From Octopus sinensis (taxonomy: Eukaryota), in assembly GCF_006345805.1 (NCBI RefSeq), contig NC_043000.1:13640001-13704000 (forward strand): a DNA stretch of 64,000 nt, in the 5' to 3' direction. A program made the position numbers and the translations under genes. Each line of letters begins with the position of its first letter. Position 1 is the first letter of the stretch. Shown here one piece after another: positions 49,837 to 63,135 of the stretch. The notes beneath the pieces were generated by a model that searched no databases, was not told the DNA's origin, and saw only the letters and a program-made list of their open reading frames with translations.

Positions 49837-50216
49837 GGCGCAATGGCCCAGTGGTTAGGGCAGTGGACTCGCGGTCATAGGATTGCGGTTTCGATTCCCA
49901 GACCAGGCGTTGTGAGTGTTTATTGAGCGAAAACACCTAAAAGCTCCACGAGGCTCTGGCAGGGGATGGTGGTGATCCCTGCTGTACTCTTTCACCACAA
50001 CTTTCTCTCACTCTTACTTCCTGTTTCTGTTGTACCTGTATTTCAAAGGGCCGGCCTTGTCACTCTCTGTGTCACGCTGAATATCCCTGAGAACTACGTT
50101 AAGGGTACACGTGTCTGTGGAGTGCTCAGCCACTTACACGTTAATTTCACGAGCAGGCTGTTCCGTTGATTCGGATCAACCGGAACCCACGTCGTCGTAA
50201 CCGACGGAGTGCTTCC
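49837..50216 (+). mobile_element. tRNA-derived SINE, family C (full length)
   Basis: Near-identical to 40969-41348. Imperfect TSD acattt(a)ttttcattc. Confidence 0.92.
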
Positions 50217-50218
50217 AC

Positions 50219-50430
50219 ATTTTTCATTCAATGCCAATGCACTTCTTCTGCATTCTGCACTCGCATTTTTACTATCATGCAGCATCTCACTGCATACACA
50301 AGCAGCATATGATGTGCCCTTCACTCAGAGAGAAAATCCTTTTGTTTTCAGCAGAAGTAATTGCTCCTTGAACTTTTTGCACTCTGTACTTGCTTTAGTT
50401 ATTATTGCTTTCAGAACATCAACACCCACT
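50219..50430 (-). pseudogene. Decayed RTE RT fragment
   Basis: KFKEQLLLLKTKGFSL*VKGTSYAACVCSEMLH vs KFRELLP..TKGLSLRVKGRLYDACVRTAMLH of the 54939 element. Confidence 0.75.
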
Positions 50431-50592
50431 CACTGCTAATTAGGTCACCTAGGCAACAAAAACTGTAGACTAGTCTAGGAGGAGTGAGTCAGGTAGGCCC
50501 TGCACAAAACTACTCCACTTAAAAAACAAATCCTTTGTACAGGTTACTCAGTAACAAGATGTATGCAAAATACATTTACAAACACACGTATA

Positions 50593-51190
50593 CAGGGTGT
50601 TTGGGCTAAATTTGACAGTTTGCACAAAAGAATAAGAAAGCGCAATATCTTATCCCCAAATCCACAAACCAAAAGGCCTCAACTAGATTGCATCTTGGAG
50701 ATGACAGTTTACTCAGTCTAGCTGCCCTCAGATTCTACAACAGCCTTAAGAAGGCTCCAGAACCTGATACATACATTCCTCACTGTGTACCTGGGAAGAT
50801 GTTCAAACACCTCCTTGATCTTGGCCATCAGATCAGTTGATATCGTTTTCAATCAGGTTCTACATATAGTAATCCATGGAATTATAATTGGGGGAACTGG
50901 GAGGCCAGAAATTGGAGCTGATGAAGTTGCAGAAATTCTCCAACAACTGCTTCTGACTCCCCCTTGAGGGATGGCAAAAAGCTAAATCCTACTGCCACAT
51001 ATATGACCTTCCAGCAGCAGCCATCACTAGCCAAGGTTTGTCCACAGTCTCCATCAGCATCACATAGTCATCTGAATTTAACCTCAGGCCCTGTTCAAAG
51101 GCATGGGAAGTATGACATCACACTCACTGTAGACACATCCAAAGGCCATCACAGTTTGGAGGGACTTGGTTTTTGTGATGTCCAGGTCAC
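50593..51190 (-). pseudogene. maT/DD37D-type mariner transposase relic (C-terminal half) with TIR
   Basis: Minus strand QTVMAFGCVYSECDV...RLNSDDYVMLMETV.KPW...WQ*DLAFCH...FWPPSSPNYNSMDYY...LKAVVESEG. The end is TA-cagggtgttt at 50591-50602. Confidence 0.82.
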
Positions 51191-51198
51191 AATATATA

Positions 51199-51472
51199 TG
51201 GCTTAGTGGTTAGGGCAGCGGACTCGCGGTCGTAGGATCACGGTTTCGATTCCCAGACCGGGCGTTGTGAGTGTTTATTGAGCGAAAACACCTTAAAGCT
51301 CCACGAGGCTCCGGCAGGGGGTGGTGGTGATCCCTGCTGTACTCTTTCACCACTCTTTCTTCTGTTGGCCTGCTCGCTTAGCGAGCTGGGTGGCGTCATT
51401 CGAAGGCTAAAACAATGCAAACGCATTGTGACCAGCGATGTGTAACTACATCTGATGGACTGGTCGGTCACA
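51199..51472 (+). mobile_element. tRNA-derived SINE, family C head with a different 3' half
   Basis: Matches family C to ...ctgtactctttcaccac, then switches to ctctttcttctgttggcctgc...ggtcggtcac. Confidence 0.82.
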
Positions 51473-52320
51473 ATTTTTATTTATTTATTTTTATATATAT
51501 ATATATATATATGCACAAAGAACACTGATATTTGTTGAGATTTTTGATAAACGAAATATTTCTTCTGTAAACAAAAAAAAAATGTTGTTACTGCAGACAG
51601 CAAAACATCAAAAGAGTTTGGAGATAACTGTTCTTGGACTGATGTGATTATAGCAGCAGCAAACATGTGGTTAGCTGCTGGCTGTGCTACTGTCTTCTAA
51701 TGTCTCTCATTCATCACCTTTACTTTGACTTTGTGTTGTCAACAGTGGTCAACTACTGTCTGGCTGCCATCTGTCTAAGTAGTTAAGGTGTGCTGAATAT
51801 ATAGTGATGGTTAGGCTCACAAAGAAGTGTGCCAAAAGATGAAATTGCTGTTGGGTCCAATTTTACACGAAACCTTGATTGTTCACATTTTCCAAAATAC
51901 ATCTTAGCAGAAATTAAGGATAAACCACCGGACACATCATAAAGCATTCTAGTGTTGGCTTATGTTATTTTGATATTCATAAAACACTGATTATATTTAC
52001 TGTGAAGCAAGTTATCTCCCATGTATTTCTCTCTGTCTTTTACTAAATGCACTAGCTCATCCAACCATTGATTACATCAAATGCATTTACTGAACCATCT
52101 TGCTTTTTCCAGCTTGATAAATAGTGAAATGAATTAATATTTTGGCCAGGGAACACTGGGTTGCTATAGTTCACAAGGCTTTAATAATAATAATAATAAT
52201 AATAATAATATAATAATAATAATAATAATAATAATGATAATAATAATAATAATATAATAATAATAACAACAACAACAACAATAATAATAATAATAATTAA
52301 TAATTAATAATAATAATAAT

Positions 52321-52359
<39 letters not shown>

Positions 52360-52413
52360 CAACAACAACAATAATAATAATAATAATTAATAATAATAAT
52401 AAAAACAACAATA

Positions 52414-53669
<1,256 letters not shown>

Positions 53670-53682
53670 ACACACACACACA

Positions 53683-54790
53683 CAGGGTTCAGTGAATAAA
53701 TTGTCATCGAAATTTTACAGAAATGAAAATAACACTGACATCTCATTTTAACAGATATATTTACCAAAATTACATAAAAATATCTTGAAATATTAAAGAG
53801 TAAATTTATTCAATAAAATCGCCATTGGCTTCAACCATGGTCTCTAGACAACTTTAGAACCTGCTGCAATACTTCTGGATGGTCTGCTTGTTTAATTTGG
53901 TGAATGCTGCTAACTTGCCTTCAGTTCATCTTTGGCGTTACAAGGAATTTTGTTGGTCTCTCGCACAACTGCACCTCACACATAACAATCAAGGAAGTTG
54001 CAGTCTGGGGAGTTAAGTGGCCAGATGTTACACGTGATGTGGTCGGCATGGTGCAGAGTCCTGTTGCTAGACACAGGGTCTTCCAGCAGCCACCCTCTTC
54101 ACCCAGGGCAGCTCTACTGCCTCTAGGCCTCAGTGTTGAGTCTGAGACCGTGTAGGAAGATGAATGGATGCATAACATCACCATCACTAGTGACTACTCC
54201 AAACACCATGATGTTGAGTGGATGTTTGATTTTTATCATTCACAATATATGTTTTGGGGACATGGCAAGACAACAATTCTTCTCTGAGAAAAGCCAAAGC
54301 ATGTTAAGTTGGAGGAGATGCTTGAGTTTGTTCAAAAGCTTCATAGCACGGTCTTTCCTCTTGTCCTTGATGGCTTGGGATAAGAATTGGCCATTTTTCA
54401 TCTTGTATGAAGAATACCAAATGTCTTTATGCACTACCTGCCTGATAAGAAACTCAGACACTCCCACGTATCTGGTAGTGGATCTGATTGACTTTGAGGG
54501 ATCATTGTCAATCATGGCCTGAATCTCACCAACAAATTCAAGAGTTCTTTTCTTATTACAATGATCAGAGTGAGCTTTCCAAGCTGTTGTACCTTCATAA
54601 TCACCATTAGACTCATCCAACTCTTCCCAAATCCTCTACACTGTGCTCAGTTTGATACCAAACACTCTGAAATGTTCATATTGGAGCTTCCAGTGCGAAT
54701 GCCAAGCAGTACAGCATGTTGTTTCCAAATTTCTGGCAGAGTGAATTGTGTCATGGTGCCGTTTTTATCACAGACAGTGCCCAACTGACC
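53683..54790 (-). pseudogene. maT/DD37D-type mariner transposase relic
   Basis: KRTLEFVGEIQAMIDNDPSKSIRS...LWLFSEKN..., WKTLCLATG/QDSAPCH-equivalent and WPLNSPDCNFLDCYV. Internal deletion and stops. Confidence 0.85.
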
Positions 54791-54938
54791 CTACTACACT
54801 GTATAGTCAACAAAATCAAAAACAAAGATTGTGCATATATATATATATATACATATATATATGCATATATATATATATATATATATATGCATATATATAT
54901 ATATATATATATACAAATATATATACATATATATATAT

Positions 54939-56614
54939 GTCGACCCAACAGAGGGACCAGCAATCCGAGTTAACAGTTCCTTAGTAGATAAGGCAATTAG
55001 AAGCATGAAAACAGGGAAAGCCCCAGGCCCATCAGGAATTACTGCAGAGATGCTCAAAATATCTGGTGGTGTCGGCTATAGCTTAGTCACCCGTATAGTA
55101 ACCAGGTGATACACGAGGGGGTCATACCCAATGACTGGTGTAGCAGCATAATAGTCAACTGCTACAAAGGTAAAGGCGACGCCTAGAGACAAATAACTAC
55201 AGGGGCATCAAGCTGCTGGATCAGGTAATGAAGTTACGGAGAGGGTTGTAGCCCAACTAATTAGAGAGAGAGTTACCTTAGATGATATGCAGTTTGGGTT
55301 CGTGCCAGGGAAAAGTACTACTGATGCTATATTCCTGGTAAGACAGCTGCAGGAGAAATACCTAGCCAAAGATAAGCCCTTGTACCTGGCTTTTGTTGAC
55401 TTGGAGAAAGCCTTTGACAGGGTCCCCCGGTCCCTTATCTGGTGGTCAATGAGGAACTAGGGATAGAAGAATGGTTGGTGAGAGCTGTGCAAGCCATGTA
55501 CAGAGACGCTGCTAGTAAGGTGAGGGTGGGCAACGAGTACAGTGAAGAATTCCGGGTAGAGGTTGGGGTCCACCAAGGTTCAGTCCTCAGTCCCCTCCTA
55601 TTTATCATAGTCCTCCAGGCAATAACGGAGGAATTCAAGACAGGTTGCCCCTGGGAGCTCCTCTATGCTGATGACCTTGCTCTAATTGCTGAGTCACTAT
55701 CAGAACTGGAGGAGAAGTTCCAGGTGTGGAAACAAGGATTAGAATCGAAGGGCCTTAGAATCAACCTAGCAAAACCAAAGTTCTAATAAGTAGGAAGGTA
55801 GATCAATCACAAACGCCTTCAGGTAGATGGCCCTGCTCGATCTGTTAAAAAGGTGTAGGTAGAACTCTATAAGATGCACCAAGTGTAAGCTATGGACACA
55901 TAAGAGGTGGCAGCAATGTCAAAGGAAGGCTAACTAGGAAAATAGTTTTTGTCTTGTGGCAAATGCTCAGGAGCAATAAACACTGGAAATATGCAGAGAC
56001 CAACTTCTGCCACGTTCCAGGGAGACAAACTAGAAGTAGTTGATAGCTTCCGCTACCTAGGAGACCAAGTCAGTAGCGGGGGTGGGTGTGCTGAAAGTGT
56101 AACTGCTAGAGTAAGAATAGCCTGGGCAAAGTTTAGAGAGCTCTTACCCTGCGTGACAAAAGGCCTCTCGCTCAGAGTAAAAGGCAGACTGTATGATGCA
56201 TGTGTACGTACAGCCATGCTACATGGTAGTGAAACATGGGCCGTGACTGCTGAGGATATGCGTAAGCTCGCAAGAAATGAAGCCAGTATGCTCCGATGGA
56301 TGTGTAATGTCAGTGTTCATAATCGTCAGAGTGTAAGTTCCTTGAGAGAAAAGCTGAACCTAAGAAGCGTCAGTTGTGGCGTGTGCAGAGAGACGGCTGC
56401 GCTGGTATGGTCATGTGACAAGAAAGGCTGAAGATAGTTGTGTGCAAAAGTGCTACACCCTAGCAGTGGAGGGAACCTGTGGAAGAGGTAGACCCAGGAA
56501 AACCTGGGACGATGTGGTGAAGCACGACCTTCGAACTTTAGGTCTCACTAAGGAAATGTCTAGAGACCGAGAACTATGGAAGTATGCTGTGCATGAGAAG
56601 ACCCGGCAAGACTA
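54939..56614 (+). pseudogene. RTE reverse transcriptase, frameshifted
   Basis: [85 protein letters not shown], split across frames. Confidence 0.95.
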
Positions 56615-56639
56615 GTCAGGCCATAACCCGTGGCCCCGA

Positions 56640-58145
56640 CCTGGGACGTAGTCAGTCCTGTGCATACCTTCCTTCTTGTGACACTTATGAAGACCTGTTG
56701 AGGCAAGTGAAATCAAATCAAATCAAAACAAATCAAAATAGATGAACATCAGTGGAATTGTATTCTTTGTGGTACCAGTGCCGGTGGTGGCACACAAGAA
56801 AACCACCCAAACGTGGCCGTAACCAGTACCGCATCGATGGCCTCCGTGCTGTGGGCACAACAAACACCATCCGATCGTGGCCGTTCGCCAGCCTCATCTG
56901 GCACCTGTGCTGGTGGCACATAAAGACACCATCCGAAGACCCGGCGACGTAGTCAGTCCACCTGTGCATACCTTCCCTCTTATGACACTTGTGAAGACCT
57001 GTTGAGGCAAGTGTGTGACACTTGTGAAGACCTGTTGAGGCAAGTGAAAATCAAACCAAATCAAAATAGATGGATATCAATGGAATTTGTATCTTTGTGG
57101 TTCCAGTACCGGTGGCACACAAGAAAACCATCCGAAGTGGCCGTAGCTAGCTGGTACCGCATCGACTGGCCTCCGTGCTGCTGTGGCACAACAAACACCA
57201 TCTGATCGTGGCCGTTCGCCAGCCTCACCTGGCACCTGTGTCGGTGGCACATAAAAACACCATCCAAAGACCCGGCGACGTAGTCAGTCCACCTGTGCAT
57301 ACCTTCCCTCTTATGACACTTGTGAAGACCTGTTGAGGCAGAGGCAAGTGTGTGACACTTTGTGAAGACCTGTTGAGGCAGAGGCAAGTGTGTGACACTT
57401 GTGGAGACCTGTTGAGGCAAGTGTGTGACACGCGTGACACTTGTGAAGACCTGTTGAGGCAAGTGAAAATCAAACCAAATCAAAATAGATGAACATCAAT
57501 GGAATTGTATCTTTGTGGTTCCAGTACCGGTGGCACACAAGAAAACCATCCGATCGTGGCCGTTCGCCAGCCACATCTGGCACCTGTGTCGGTGGCACAT
57601 AAAGACACCATCCGAAGAACCGGCGACGTAGACAGTCCACCCGTGCATACCTTCCTTCTTGTGACACTTGTGAAGACCTGTTGAGGAGCAAGTGACACTT
57701 GTGAAGACCTGTTGAGGCAAGTGAAAATCAAATCAAATCAAAACAAATCAAAATAGATGAACATAAATGGAATTTGTATCTTTGTGGTACCAGTGCCGGT
57801 GGCACACAAGAAAAAATCATCCGAACGTGGCCGTAGCCAGTACCGCATAGACTGGCCTCCGTGCTTTGGGGACGTAACAAACACCATCCGATCGTGGCCG
57901 TCCGCCAGCCTCATCTGGCACCTGTGTCGGTGGCACATAAAAACACCATCCGAGCGTGGCCGTCTGCCAGCCTCGTCTGGCACCTGCCAGCCTCATCTGG
58001 CACCTGTGTCGGTGGCACATAAAAACACCATCCGAGCGTGGCCGTCTGCCAGCCTCGTCTGGCACCTGTGTCGGTGGCACATAAAAACACCATCCGAGCG
58101 TGGCCGTTCGCCAGCCTCGTCTGGCACCTGTGTCGGTGGCACATA
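56640..58145 (+). repeat. Hierarchical tandem array inside the RTE 3' UTR
   Basis: Four long units starting gaagacctgttgaggcaagtgaaa(a)tcaa near 56690, 57028, 57447 and 57703, with ~30-bp and ~60-bp subrepeats. Confidence 0.92.
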
Positions 58146-58323
58146 AAATCACCCACTACACTCTCGGAGTGGTTGGCGTTAGGAAGGGCATCCAGCTGTA
58201 GAAACACTGCCAGATCTGACTGGCCTGGTGCAGCCTTCGGGCTCCCCAGACCCCAGTTGAACCGTCCAACCCATGCTAGCATGGAAAACGGACGCTAAAT
58301 GATGATGATGATGATGATGATGA

Positions 58324-58354
<31 letters not shown>

Positions 58355-58640
58355 GCACATATATATATGCATATAGATATATATATACATATACTCATAC
58401 ATACATATATATGTATGTATGTATGTATTATGTATGTATATGAATATTAAAGTATTGGAGAGGTAGAAATAACAGAGTGTCAGAATAAATGCCATAGAGT
58501 ATTTAGTTTTGTACTTTTACAATCTGCATGCAAACACTGTGTGTCAACTTTGACTTTCATTCCAATGATGTTGATTAAATAAGTACCAGTTACATATTGC
58601 AATGATTCAATTCCACATATACATAAATATACATAAATAC

Positions 58641-58676
<36 letters not shown>

Positions 58677-59457
58677 ATAGCCATCAGACATCTGGCTTTG
58701 TGCCAAAGTTTGTAAACCTTACTTGTATTCACAACATATCTATCTTTCACAGGAAGTTTAAATATATAATCCCAACATGTAAATATCCTTGTATGTTTAT
58801 ATGATTTTCCTCTCTAATAAAGGGCCTGCTAAGTAATATTAGTTGATGACTACAGCAGTGCACAGGGCAACAAGAGGGAAACTCTTAATATCTTTTATCT
58901 CTATTCTGATATTTTTTACCAGTTCTAATGACTATGCATGATTGCATTCTTGGTTATGTAAATATATCATTAGTGATAATTGTAATAACTGAATAATTTA
59001 TAAACACACTGACTTCTAAGTTTTGACCAAAAGCACTTCTCTAAAACACAATCAAGGGGCAGAAATGATTTGAGTTGATAGAATAAGTACCTGGCTTTAA
59101 AAAAAAATTACTGGGGCTGATGCATTCAACTAAGATTCTTGAAGGCTGTGCCCCAGCATGGTCACAGTTTAATAACTGAAAGAAGTAAAGATGAAAGATA
59201 ACAAACCAATGGTTAAAAGTAGAAGAGATGTGTCCAAGTTAGCACACATTGGGACTAGCCCCAGAACCACATAGTTGTGAAGTGAACTTCTAAGGCTACT
59301 TGAGTAAACCCAGATATTCTAACTTCTACATATGTGTGCATGCATCTGTTTTATGTGTGTATGTTTGCATGTGGTGTGTATCTATGTATCTTGTCGTGTC
59401 CTCGTCTAACGCACTTAACTTTCAAACAGCTCAGAGTATCTAACTATATATATGTAC

Positions 59458-59566
59458 CATATCTATAAGCATTCATCTGGGTCGCCATTGTAGGCAGCAG
59501 GAACACCATACATTTAACAAGTGTTTCATTAGCTTGCAGTGCTGAGTTAAAATCCACTTATGCACC
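59458..59566 (-). CDS. Candidate internal exon of an unidentified gene
   Basis: Acceptor tttttttattctgacattttccag, a 109-nt open frame VHKVDFNSALQANETLVKCMVFLLPTMATQMNAYRY, and donor G|gtacat (alternative gtatgg). No homology recognised. Confidence 0.3.
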
Positions 59567-60139
59567 TGGAAAATGTCAGAATAAAAAAAATTCAGTACTA
59601 AGTTTCTTACACCTGAGTCCTCAGATCACCTTGGTCTTATCTTTGCAGCTGAATTCATGTTGGTGTTAAATAGCATATCCCACATAAAATTCGTTAATTT
59701 TAAGTAAAATAAAATTTATAGTCTTTAGCTACTAACTGCACTTACAATTTGTCAGTTAAATTTGAGGGCTTATGAAGGTCATCTGCCAAGCAAGACAGGT
59801 TGTAACAATAGGATCTAATAAGATTCTCTTTTTCTTTTGTTGGAACAAATATTTCAACCAGCCAGTCAGAAAGTCAGCTAACCAGCCAGCATCAGCAATG
59901 TGCCCAGCAAATCAAACTGCAACCTGTTTGAATGAACTTGTCTCTTTATTGCCTCTTCAGGTGTCAATTGCAGTGCCCCAGTATAACTATAATCTACTTG
60001 TTGGATCTGGAACATAAGATACAACCAAAATATAATCTTATTTTATTATTGGTTTCAACCATGGGTTGTGGCCATGCTTGTTTATTTTAGACTCACTTCC
60101 AGGTCCTGTCCCTGGAATCAGTCCAGGTAAATTAGTGAG

Positions 60140-60415
60140 TAAGACAGAGCTGCCCTTCTTTGCATTTCTTGCTGTGATGTGGGTTCATCTGATATATCAG
60201 ATAAAAGTTTGTCTAATTGTTCTTTAAGCACATCTACATCTACATCTCACAGTTCTCTAAGGCCTTTTGGCCAGGTACTGGAAAGTTGCAGTCATAATAT
60301 TGAGTTCTCTCTCTGAATAGAGAGAGTGGGACCTTTGATACTATGCAGTAGTGTCCTGTCCAGGTGATTGGTGTAGCTTTCAGTCCCAGAGCTGGGTGCT
60401 AGCCCTTCCATGATT
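60140..60415 (-). pseudogene. CR1/L2-group LINE ORF2 C-terminal relic
   Basis: KIMEGLAP...PKGLREL...LKEQLDKLLSDISDEP...RAA.S.SL resembles the common C-terminal LDKFL..IPDEP...SNSL motif. Confidence 0.6.
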
Positions 60416-60425
60416 TTCCGTAAAT

Positions 60426-61200
60426 GAAGCCAGTATGCTTTGCTGGATGTGTAATGTCAGTGTGCATGTTCAACAGAGTGTAAGCATCTTGAGAGAAAAG
60501 CTAGGCATAAGAGGAATCAGATGTGGTGTGCAAGAGAGACAACTGCACTGGTATGGTCATGTGATGCATATGGATGAAGAAAGTTGTGTAAAGTAGTGCT
60601 GATATCCAACTGTGGAGGGAACCTGTGTCAGATGTAGACCCAGGAAGACACAAGACAAGGTGGTGAAGCATGACCTTCAAACTCTGAGCTTCATAGAGGC
60701 AATGACTAGTGACCAAAACTTTTGGCGATGTGTTATGCTTGAGAGGACCATCAAGCCAAGTGCATCCATGCTGGTGGCATGTAAAGAACACCTTTCAAGC
60801 ATTGGGCCTTATGGAGGAAAAGTGGCTGAGTTCCTTTTGAGCGTTGGGCCGCATGGAGGCAATGTGACTGAGTTCCTTTCGAGTACCGGGCCTTCACAGA
60901 GGCAATGACCAAGACCTTTGGCATTATGTTGTGCTTCAGAAGAAGACCCATGAAGATTAGCAAAATTGCAGTCATGACAGATACAGGTATCATGAAATTG
61001 ACACCCATGCCAGTGACATGTAAAAGTACCCCGGTATCACGCAAATGGCACCCGTACTGGTGGTACGTAAAAGCAAGTGGTTGATGTTAGGAAGGGCATC
61101 CAGCCATAGAAAACCATGCCAAATCAGATTGAAGCATGTGAACCCAGTAAAACCGTCTGATCCATGCCAGCACGGACAAAGGACATTAAATGATGATAAT
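60426..61200 (+). mobile_element. Decayed RTE 3' portion
   Basis: NEASML.WMCNVSVH...LHWYGHVMHMDEE...RCRPRKT.DKVVKHDL, followed by UTR repeats and a (GAT)n-like tail. Confidence 0.85.
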
Positions 61201-61833
61201 GCTGATGATTATTGCTGTATATCGTTGTGCTCTTCTCTCCAGAGATTAGAGCCTCAACTCTTATAGCCTCTCCCAGTAGTCCACCACCAGCACTTAAGTA
61301 TATGCATGTGAACAATAGCTATGTAGCACAAAAAAACCTGAAAGAGTAGTCCAAAATCAATGGTGTATTGTTGAAAAGTTTGTGCACTCAACTTTTGAAA
61401 GCATACATCTACTGAGATGGCCTCAACTGTTTGAAAGATGTTTGTAGCTTAGATTTTTGTTTCACATAATCTTGGTTACTATAAAAGTGCCTGTTTAATC
61501 TGTATTTCTTATCAGGCACTGAAAATGCATTTACTGTAGTAAAAATGTTACTCTTAGTACAACAATGTCATTCATACAATAGTTGGAGGTGGCAACAGTA
61601 TTTCGTGTTCTGATAGGCTGTGGAGTTTAATAGCATTTTATAAATGCTAATAAGGGGTGGGCATGGCTGTGTGGTAAGAAGTTTGCTTCCTAACTACATA
61701 ATTTCAAGTTTAGACCCACTGTAAGACAGTTTGGGCAAGTGTCTTTCACTATAACCCTGAACCGAATAAAGCCTTGTAAGTGAACTTCATGGAAAGAAAC
61801 AAAGAATCCCATCATGCATATGTGTATGCATGT

Positions 61834-63135
61834 GTGGATATATTTGAGTCATCAAAGCACAAAATGATTTTTTTTATGGAAAAGAAGCCTTTAATCATCA
61901 TCATCATCACCACCACCACAATCATCATCATCATCATTGTCATCATCATTTAACGTCCATTTTCCATGCTTGTGTGGTTCAATGAAATTTATTGAGACAA
62001 ATTTTCTCTGATGACTCTTGACCAAGGTGCTACACTGAGGGACTGAACCAGAGACCACCTAGTTGGAAAGCAAACTTAACTATACAGTCACACCTGTGCC
62101 TATTGTTCTTTGAAATTCATTTTGGTAATTGCAAGAAGCTTGAGATTTAGGGTGTAAATGAGAAAAACATATCCTGACATGGGGTTGGAGTACTTTGCAA
62201 TGCATGCATATATGTGTGGTTTTGTGTTACTGTCTCCTTGCTTTGACTTCACTTGATTGTTGTAAATGTGTGTCACTTGCCTTCCAATCAACATTTTTCA
62301 TTTCTGGTCTTCTGTGAAAAACATCTGGTCATGGGAAAATATTTATTACCTTACTTGGAAACAAGTAGAGGGTTGGTTGCAAGAAGGGCATCTAGTCATA
62401 ATAAACCCATCTCAATAAATGCATGGGAAAGTGAACACTGAAATGATGTGATGATGATGATGATGATGATTATGATGATGATGATGACAACTACAACAAT
62501 AAAAGTATGGATGGCACACCAAACTCTCTCTTGTGCTGTAAGTTGTTTATGACAAAATTTTTGGCAGCTCTGTTCCATCAACTGCAACTATTCTGAAAAT
62601 TTTCTTTTAGATTACTTCAATTGGTTAAATATGTTTTTTGAAGCATTCATTCAGAATAAGCAGGTGTACCACCATAATACTTGAGATTCAGGTTTTGTAG
62701 ATAGTGGCTCTGTTTTTTGTTTTTTTGTATTCAACTTGTATGCAATTTTGCAAAGTACTCCAACCCCATGTTAGGATATGTTTTTCTCATACCATCTTTT
62801 GTTCGTGTTTACACCCTAAATCTCAAGCTTCTTGCAATTACCAAAATGAATTTCAAAGAACAATAGGCACAGGTGTGACTGTATAGTTAAGTTTGCTTTC
62901 CAACTAGGTGGTCTCTGGTTCAGTCCCTCAGTGTAGCACCTTGGTCAAGAGTCATCAGAGAAAATTTGTCTCAATAAATTTCATTGAACCACGCAAGCAT
63001 GGAAAATGGATGTTAAATGATGATGACAATGATGATGATGATGGTGGTGGTGGTGGTGGTGGTGGTGGTGGTGATGAAGGGCTTCTTTTCCATAAAAAAA
63101 ATTATTTTGTACTTTGATGACTCAAATATATCCAC
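61834..63135. repeat. Inverted segmental duplication (~370-390-bp arms, ~550-bp spacer)
   Basis: 61834-62200 is the reverse complement of 62748-63135, spanning unique sequence, (CAT/CAC)n, an RTE-tail piece and a SINE piece. One ~19-bp indel. Confidence 0.9.

Larger units (their letters stand above)
54939..58322 (+). mobile_element. RTE LINE, 5'-truncated (RT coding region, expanded 3' UTR array, (GAT)n tail)
   Basis: Continuous RTE homology from the TA run at 54938 to the (GAT)n tail and TA run at 58322. Confidence 0.95.

Noticed and set aside
56640-58145. CRISPR-like repeat array
   Set aside because: The context is eukaryotic, the inter-repeat sequences are themselves repeated rather than unique spacers, there are no cas genes, and the array lies inside an RTE 3' UTR.
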